Part shown: piece after piece, positions 56,857-64,000 of the stretch
Position numbering within the stretch: position 1 is the stretch's first letter
Layout: each line of letters opens with the position of its first letter
Assembly (NCBI GenBank): GCA_964035545.1
Contig: OZ037769.1
Coordinates: 6,181,929-6,245,928, forward strand
Direction of reading: 5' to 3'
DNA: 64,000 nucleotides
Source: Bugula neritina
Taxonomy: Eukaryota > Animalia > Bryozoa
Translations under genes and position numbers: made by a program
Notes under the pieces: generated by a model
Database searches by the model: none
What the model was told of the DNA's origin: nothing
The model's input: only the letters and a program-made list of their open reading frames with translations

Positions 56857-58771
56857 AGCAATTGAATCTACAATAACATATCCTGATTAATAACTACATG
56901 CCAGTTCTGACATACAGTACATAGCCAAGTAAACCAATTACATGAAGTTTAACATTCAAGACTGCAAATAAATAACAAAAAACTAATAAACAATTATTTC
57001 TATTGAATTATAATCTTTCTTTCAGGATGCTAAAAAATATGAATGCAAAATATACTACAATAATAATAAAATTTATAGTTTAGTTCAGCCTTTTAAAATG
57101 GGAAAGAAAAATCATAATAGATTACAGCAAGTTTAAATTAATGAGTGAAAAAATTGAATAGATCTGCATGCTCACAGAAAATCAACTACATAGATGCAGT
57201 TGATACACAAGTAAGAGTCTGATCGTAGCAGAAGAAAATATAATTAATAGCACAGCACTGTTCAGAGTAGAAACAATAATTAGTATAATAACTATAGTAT
57301 ATGATGAACTAATGAGATAAAAATTGCATTATTACTAAAAAGTGTTAAAATGGCACTTGAAAGTAAATTTAAACTAAATTTAAAAATTAATTATAGTTTA
57401 ATATAATAATCAAAATATAAATCTCAATAATTACAATATGCAAATAACTATAGTATTTTGCATGATGGTTATTTATTTGCATCTCAAATAATATATGTAT
57501 ACAAGAACACTATGGTAACAATTTTATTGTAAAATTTATAAGTGTTTCTTGTGTTAGTGCTTGCATTTGTAGTTTTCATTCAATTTGCAATTTGTGAATT
57601 AATATTCTCAAAAGATAATTGAAGGCTTACTGAAAAGTTTTGGTTTGTGTTTTGTTTGTTGGCTTCAGCATATAAGAGTGTATAACGTTGCACATAGTCA
57701 TGAAAATTGGGAAATATGTAAACTAAAAAAGACATTGGTCTTGGGACTAATCCTCAAGAGGTCAAGACCCAAGTCATGCGTCGATGTCCTTCAGAACAAA
57801 TTTTTTTGTTTCTTTGTCCGTTCAAAGGTCTATATCTAGTCAGAAACAATTTCTTCAAACTATTAGATTCATCTTATAGGTGTAAGCAGACTGAAATCTA
57901 TTGAAGACTTTTTAAAGTTTATGATTGCTTTTCGCATTGTAGATGCGTTGTCATCACTCTCGCAAAATTGTGAAAATTTACTCAAAGGCAAGGTTATGTT
58001 TAGCAGAAAACATCAAGTCAAAAGTCAAGCTGGTGTCAACTTACTGCTATTGAATATATAAAATTACGTGACTCCAGTCACGAGAATGTAACTTCAATGA
58101 GCTATAGTTGTGCTCCTTTAAATATTTTTGTAGCCGATATGCATAGCCATAGGAGCAATATATCAAATGGTAATCATAATCACATTTATCATGATCACAA
58201 TCATTAGGCCCAATGCTCTGTTAAGATGGTGTAGGACAATACCAATACGAATAGGTCAAAGCCATAGGCAATATAAATAATGAATTAGTTATTAGAATAT
58301 CAATATTTTATTTCTATTGAAATTCAAACTTGAATATCAGTATGAATACTATGTTCAAGCATTATATTTTAGTTTTACAAGGTATATAATGATAATCATT
58401 CTGGTCCATAATTCTCATAGTCACTATCATTATGATTATGATCACCATTACGGTTATGATTATCAATATCATGATCATCATTATTATTATAATTAGCATA
58501 ATCACAACAATAACGGATAATCATAACGGTTACCGTTGGCGTTATCATGTTATGGTCTATGATAGTTATAATGATATAATTATGAATATTCATAATTCAT
58601 TGTGATCATGATTAATATTATAATTTATATTACATCAACATTATACTTGATTTTATAATAATATAATTATCAACGGTAATTTTAAACTTTATAATAATAT
58701 GAATATTTATATATCAAATTGATTGTTTACATTTATTATTTTAAATTTATATAAATATAATTACAAATTTA

Positions 58772-60130
58772 TACCTGTCGATACCTGTCGATGCTATCTC
58801 CACAGTGGACCTCCCTAGAGGGAAGAAGGGGTGTGCCGCATATAGAAAATAAGTTTTCAGTACTTGGGCAATAGTCTAAACAATGTTAAAATTCTTGTGC
58901 AGATTAACTTAACAGGCTAACTAGCCTGTCTGTGTGTGATTTACAGTTATGGACTGCTCTGGAAAAGTCATTCAATCATTTTGGGAGAAATCTATAACGA
59001 TATCCATTCTTGTTCGCTCTCACTGATCTGGGAAGTCCTGAATCCTGAGATCGAGTCTGTACAGTGCTTGTGGTCTGCTGATCCAGAAAATCCTCATAGG
59101 CAGCATTCAGAGTTGGATGTTGTTCTTCCTTAGAAAATATTTTCAAGAGAAAGCTGATGCGTCGCTTTTTCTTCCTTAGATCAAGCGGCTCCAAACACAG
59201 CTTTTTCATTTCCTCACCGATATCAGTTCATCCTTTGTTGTTAAAGATAAAACGCACAGCATGTGTTTTTACATTCTCCATTATACTTATATGGTTTTTA
59301 CTGGATGGGTCCCAGGCTGCGCTGGCATATTCTAAGTGTGGGAGACAGAGAGCTTTGTAGGCAACAAGCTTTGCTTTCTTGGGGGCCCAGTAGAGTGCAC
59401 GTTTTATCATACCTAATTGCCGTTTTGCAACAAGAACCTTTTTTAGGATGTGTTGGTCAAATTTACAGTCTGATTGCAGTGTTACACCAAGGTATTTTGT
59501 TGAGTCAACATGATCCAGCACTGATCCAACAAGCTTGTTTTGAGGAGTATTGGTCTTAGGGTTAAAGCTGATTATCTTGCTCTTGTTGAATGACATTCCC
59601 CATTTTTCTGCACAAGTACTAAAGTCCAGGTTTCACTAAAAATTTTTACAGTTTTCCGATGAGGAAATTTCTTAGTAAACAAGTGCATCATCGACACTCA
59701 GGAAGATCATTTATAAAGACAAAGAAAAGTACCGGCCCTAACACTGATCCCTGTGGTACACCTGAGCAAACTGGCTATAGATCCGAGCTGCAGCCTTGTA
59801 ACACAACACCCTGCTTTCTGTCTGTAAGAAAGTTGTGAACTCAACGTAGGAGATAATTGTCAACATCGCAATTTTAGAAAGCTTTTATAACAGAAGGGCA
59901 TGTGGGACCCGATCAAATACCTTGATGAAGTCTAGCACAGCAGCATGAACAGTCTTTTGGTTGTCGATAGCATACAGAATGAGAATGTCATACATAGTTG
60001 CACAGATCGGCGTCTCACAAGAAACCATGCTGCCTGTTGCTAAGCTTTGTGTCAATCTTTTTGAGCAAATTTCTCAGGACAACCACGATGTGTTCCAAAA
60101 TCTTGCAATGGATGCTGGTCAAAGATATTG
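58772..60130 (-). mobile_element. Degenerate 5'-truncated LINE (CR1/L2 group)
   Basis: Minus-strand motifs LDFIKVFD, SGVPQGSVLGPVLF, DDAL, TKYLGVTLQSD and KLVAYKALCLPHLEYASAAWDP with frameshifts. The 3' end has stem-loops and an (atcgacaggt)2 tail. Confidence 0.9.
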
Positions 60131-61011
60131 GACAGTATTTATACTTATAGTTATTGACACTGTCCATAATGATAATCATTATCATTATGATTATTCATTA
60201 TCATATTGATATTCATACTCATATTGTGATATTGATATAATATTAATAAATAAATAATATTAATTATAACTAAAACATTAAATATTAATAACTAGGCCGA
60301 TGGTAGAAGGTTACACCTGACCGGTTAAAAAGCAGTGATACATTTACAACCAAAAATAATAATCATAATGATAATGTCTAAATTATAGTTGATACTAATA
60401 GTAATACTAATAGTTAATACTAAATACTAATACTAATAGTAATAGTAATAGTAATAGTATTATTATTTACAATGGCAATTAGTGATAGTAAAAATCATAG
60501 TCACTGAAATTTACTGAAACATACTGATAGTAGGCCTATGCAACCATTGAACTAGTCATGATAATATTATTATATCATATATGTAGCTTTTTAAATCGGA
60601 ACTTTTTAATGAATTGAATTAAAGCTAGAAGTAGATTTAACGAGTCCAGTATTTTACATAAATTTAAGTTAGAAATGATAATGATTGGGAACAATAAAAC
60701 GTGGCGCTTTTACGCGTTTCTTATAATATACTTATATCCAAAAACATTTACCGATAAAATTTAAGGGGATTTCAGTTTGACTACTTTTTGATAATTTTCG
60801 TTGCGTACCTTAGAGCAGGCTAAGAGCAGCACCAACTTAGTAGTAACTAAGTGCACTGGTTTGAGAATCTCTAGTTTGGAGTCTGGCTAATGATGTGTAG
60901 ACAAATACTGTATTTATTCACCCTCAATTTCGGTGCTGCTTCTACTTGAACTTCTGTCTTGGCGATATTCTTGTGATCCACGTTGTTTGCTAGTCGGATC
61001 AGAGATGATCT

Positions 61012-61520
61012 ATAGTAGTAGTAGTAGTACTCATTCATAGTAGTAGTACTAGTAGTACTACTACTAGAGTAGTAGTAGTGCAAGTACTACTAGTAGTAGT
61101 AGTGCAAGTACTACTAGTAGTAGTACTACTAGTACTAGTGCTGTAGTAGTAGTACTAATAGTAATAGTAAATGATAAATTAAATCATAAATACAGTATAC
61201 ACTATCACTATGACTATGACTATTAGTATTACTATTACTATTACTATTAGTATTAGTATTACTATTACTATTAGTATTACTATTAGTATTAGTATTACTA
61301 TAACTATTAGACTTAGTATTACTATTAGTATTACTATTACTATTAGTATTACTATTACTATTAGTATTACTATTACTATTACTATTAGTATTACTATTAG
61401 TATTAGTATTACTATAACTATTAGACTTAGTATTACTATTAGTATTACTATTACTATTAGTATTACTATTACTATTAGTATTAGTATTACATTTACTAAG
61501 TATTAGTATTAGTATTACTA
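61012..61520. repeat. (TAG/TAC)n and (ATTAGT/ATTACT)n simple repeats upstream of KLHDC4
   Basis: Directly visible tri- and hexanucleotide runs; a degenerate version continues to about 62300. Confidence 0.95.
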
Positions 61521-62336
61521 TAATAGATTAATGGACATAGTAATACTGACTGTAACAAAGTTACTTTATCTATTTTTATTTTATGATTAATTTATGTTTA
61601 CTGTGAAATATAGATTATAATATACTATTTAAAATTTTAATGTAAATTTACTATAACTAATAGCAATACTATTGCTGCTGTACAGTGTACTATTACTATT
61701 ACTATTAGTAATACTAATAGTAATACTATTAGTATTATTCAATTAACAATACATTTAGTTTTACTTTTTGATTTACTATTATATTTATAATTTACTATCT
61801 TAGTATTACTATTACTATTAGTATTACATTTACTATTACTATTAGTATTATAATTAGTATTACTGTTAGTAATACTGTATTAGTATTAGTGTTACTAATA
61901 CTAATACTATAAATAATGTTAAAGTTAAACTTAAAGTTAATACCAATGGCAATAATGACTAATATTATTAGTGAGTAATATAATACTAATACTCACTACT
62001 CAGTATGAGTATTAGTGTTGCTATTACTGTTAAAGTATTAGTATTAGATTTAGTCACTATGACTATTAGCATTACTATTACTATTAGTATTAGTATTGTA
62101 ATTAATGTTATACTCTGGTCACACTCACTGTCAGCAACTGAAAGTATTAACTGCAAGTATTAGTATAACTCTTACTCTAATACTATTAGTACTGCTTTTG
62201 TCTATTAATATTACTATCAGTCCAAGTGTTACTATTACATTTACTTTTAGTTTTTATAATTACAGTTACTATTATTACTAATACTATTATTAATAATGCA
62301 GTAGTTAAATTCTTGAACTATGCTAGTATTACAGCC

Positions 62337-62789
62337 ATGGGTAAGAAGAAAGACAAGAAGAAAGGTCATGGGGCAGAGAAGACAGCCTTCAAAACTGATA
62401 AAAAGCAAAGTAAAAAAGAAAAGAAAAATCTAGCAGCTTTAGGAGAAGAAGACATTGAATCCATGTTAGGTATGTGAGTGATCAGAATAGGAAAATGCAT
62501 CAATTATCGTATTTCCGATTTCATTTTCATGCTTTCACTTATTCTCATAAGATTAGCATGTAGTTTTGTCATACTTTTTCCGAACTGCAATTTGGTATTT
62601 TATCTAAATTGTAGCCGAGGTTAAACGAACCAATCAAAGCAAGACAGAAGTGACTGTGTCGAGGTGTATGGCCCCATCTCCACGGGTAAACATGTCCCTC
62701 TGTCCACATCCTGAAAGGCCTGAGCTTTTTATGTTTGGAGGAGAGTTTTGTGCTGGAAATAACACAAGTGTATACAGTGATCTATTCAT
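62337..62789 (+). CDS. KLHDC4: Kelch domain-containing protein 4, first two coding exons (partial)
   Basis: Exons 62337-62469 and 62615-62789 give MGKKKDKKKGHGAEKTA...GEEDIESMLA...PSPRVNMSLCPHPERPELFMFGGEF...VYSDLF, matching the KLHDC4 N-terminus (MGKK..GRGAEKTA..EEDLE..PSPRLNASL..HP....L..FGGEY). Confidence 0.9.
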
Positions 62790-62801
62790 GTTAGTATCAA
62801 C

Positions 62802-63550
62802 TTGATAATTAAATCAGGTGTCATTCGTAATGAACTGAAAGTAGCCAAGATTTTGCCATTTTACAAAAATAAAGGTGACAAACTTTTATGTAGTAATTAT
62901 CGGCCTATCTCAATACTTCCAGTTTACTCTAAAATACTTGAAAAAATAATCTGCAAGCAATTAAATGAACATTTAAACCTACACAAAATTTTGTCGGTTT
63001 CTCAATTTGGCTTCCAACAGAAGAAGGGTGCACAAGACGCACTGTTTAAGTTTTCAGACCAATCCTTCAAAGCACTTAATGACTCATTAGTAATATTGGG
63101 TATTTTCATTGATTTCTCAAAAGCATTCGATACAATCAACCACAATATTTTGCTACAGAAACTACGAGATTACAATTTTAATTCTCACTCCATAAGTTTA
63201 ATCCAAAACTACTTGACCAATCGAACACAGCATGTTATAATAGAGAACAGTATATCCAATTCCTTGCATATCACCTGTGGAGTCCCCCAGGGCTCTATCT
63301 TGGGCCCTGTGCTCTTTCTGCTGTACATAAATGATTTAGCTACCCATTGTCCTTTATTTGATACTATTCTGTTTGCCGACGACACAAATCTTTTTTGGAA
63401 GAGCAAAGATTTAAATGCTGATATTGGAAATATAAACTCCTCACTAAATAAAGTTAATAACTGGTGCATTGCAAACAAACTAACTCTAAACTTAACGAAA
63501 ACAAACTATATCATTGTTAAAAACTACCAAAAGAAATTTGTACTTAAACA
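62802..63550 (+). mobile_element. LINE reverse-transcriptase internal fragment with an open ORF (CR1/L2 group), in KLHDC4 intron 2
   Basis: NYRPISILP..SKILEK, QFGFQ, FIDFSKAFDTINH, GVPQGSILGPVLFLLYINDL, FADDT and NKLTLN..KT in one stop-free frame. Confidence 0.93.
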
Positions 63551-64000
63551 TCGTAGGCATCCAGGTTATTTTGATAAAATCAATTACTGTTAATTAAAAG
63601 ATCATACTTTTTTAGTTGCATTCACAAAATATATACAAAAAATCTCAACTCAATATACCAGAAAAAATGAATTAAAATATATGTGTTAATAGCACTGATA
63701 TTGACGTGACCGTGGCACATGAAAAATCTGAAAGAAGAGTTGTCTTCTATTTTTCTATATTAATATATAGAGCTTGTCGTGAAAATAAAGATTTTTTAAA
63801 AAAATATTGTGACCCTCTGGTAACTTTCTGAACTTAGAAAATTAGCTCATATATTTCTTTTCATGTGGACAACAGCTCACTTTTTTTTAAATTTATTTTG
63901 AAGCTCTTTTCGTAAAAAATAATCAAAAGTAAAAAATCCAAAATTTTTACAAATTGGTTCGGGGCTTGACGTGAAAGGCATTTGGACGAAGATGTCAAGG

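Noticed and set aside
57737-57775. Tiny match (ggtcttgggact...tcaaga) to the 3' end of the LINE at 16770
   Set aside because: Too short and without a TSD to call confidently.
61210-61506. (IT/IS)n ORF and similar ORFs at 2077, 55646, 58396 and 60871
   Set aside because: Low-complexity repeat translations.
62615-63593. KLHDC4-RT fusion protein
   Set aside because: The frames differ and a stop intervenes at 62803-62805.

Overview
AT-rich, intron-rich eukaryotic genomic DNA from an invertebrate animal, most likely a protostome given the MEP-1 orthologue. It is not prokaryotic: there are no operons and no CRISPR arrays. Gene models built by hand from GT/GC-AG junctions and phase continuity, in window order: WDR97-like 5' part (-); an unknown ~484-aa coiled-coil protein (+); MEP-1-like C2H2 zinc-finger gene (-); sedoheptulokinase SHPK (-), whose intron 1 holds an intronless same-strand kynurenine aminotransferase (KYAT); LYRM4/ISD11 (+); a 12-exon acyl-CoA oxidase (+); an orphan single-pass membrane protein (+); CLPTM1L (-); and the 5' end of KLHDC4 (+). 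Interspersed are four CR1/L2-group LINE fragments, a Gypsy gag remnant, three hAT MITEs (two with perfect 8-bp TSDs), two tRNA-derived SINEs with TSDs, and a foldback hairpin. The most striking pattern is that most intronic minisatellites are tandem amplifications of the exon-intron junction itself, either donor or acceptor, up to ~31 copies. These create arrays of decoy splice sites, and in one array the decoy AGs nearest the true acceptor have been changed to AC. All homology calls are from remembered family motifs; no database search was run.
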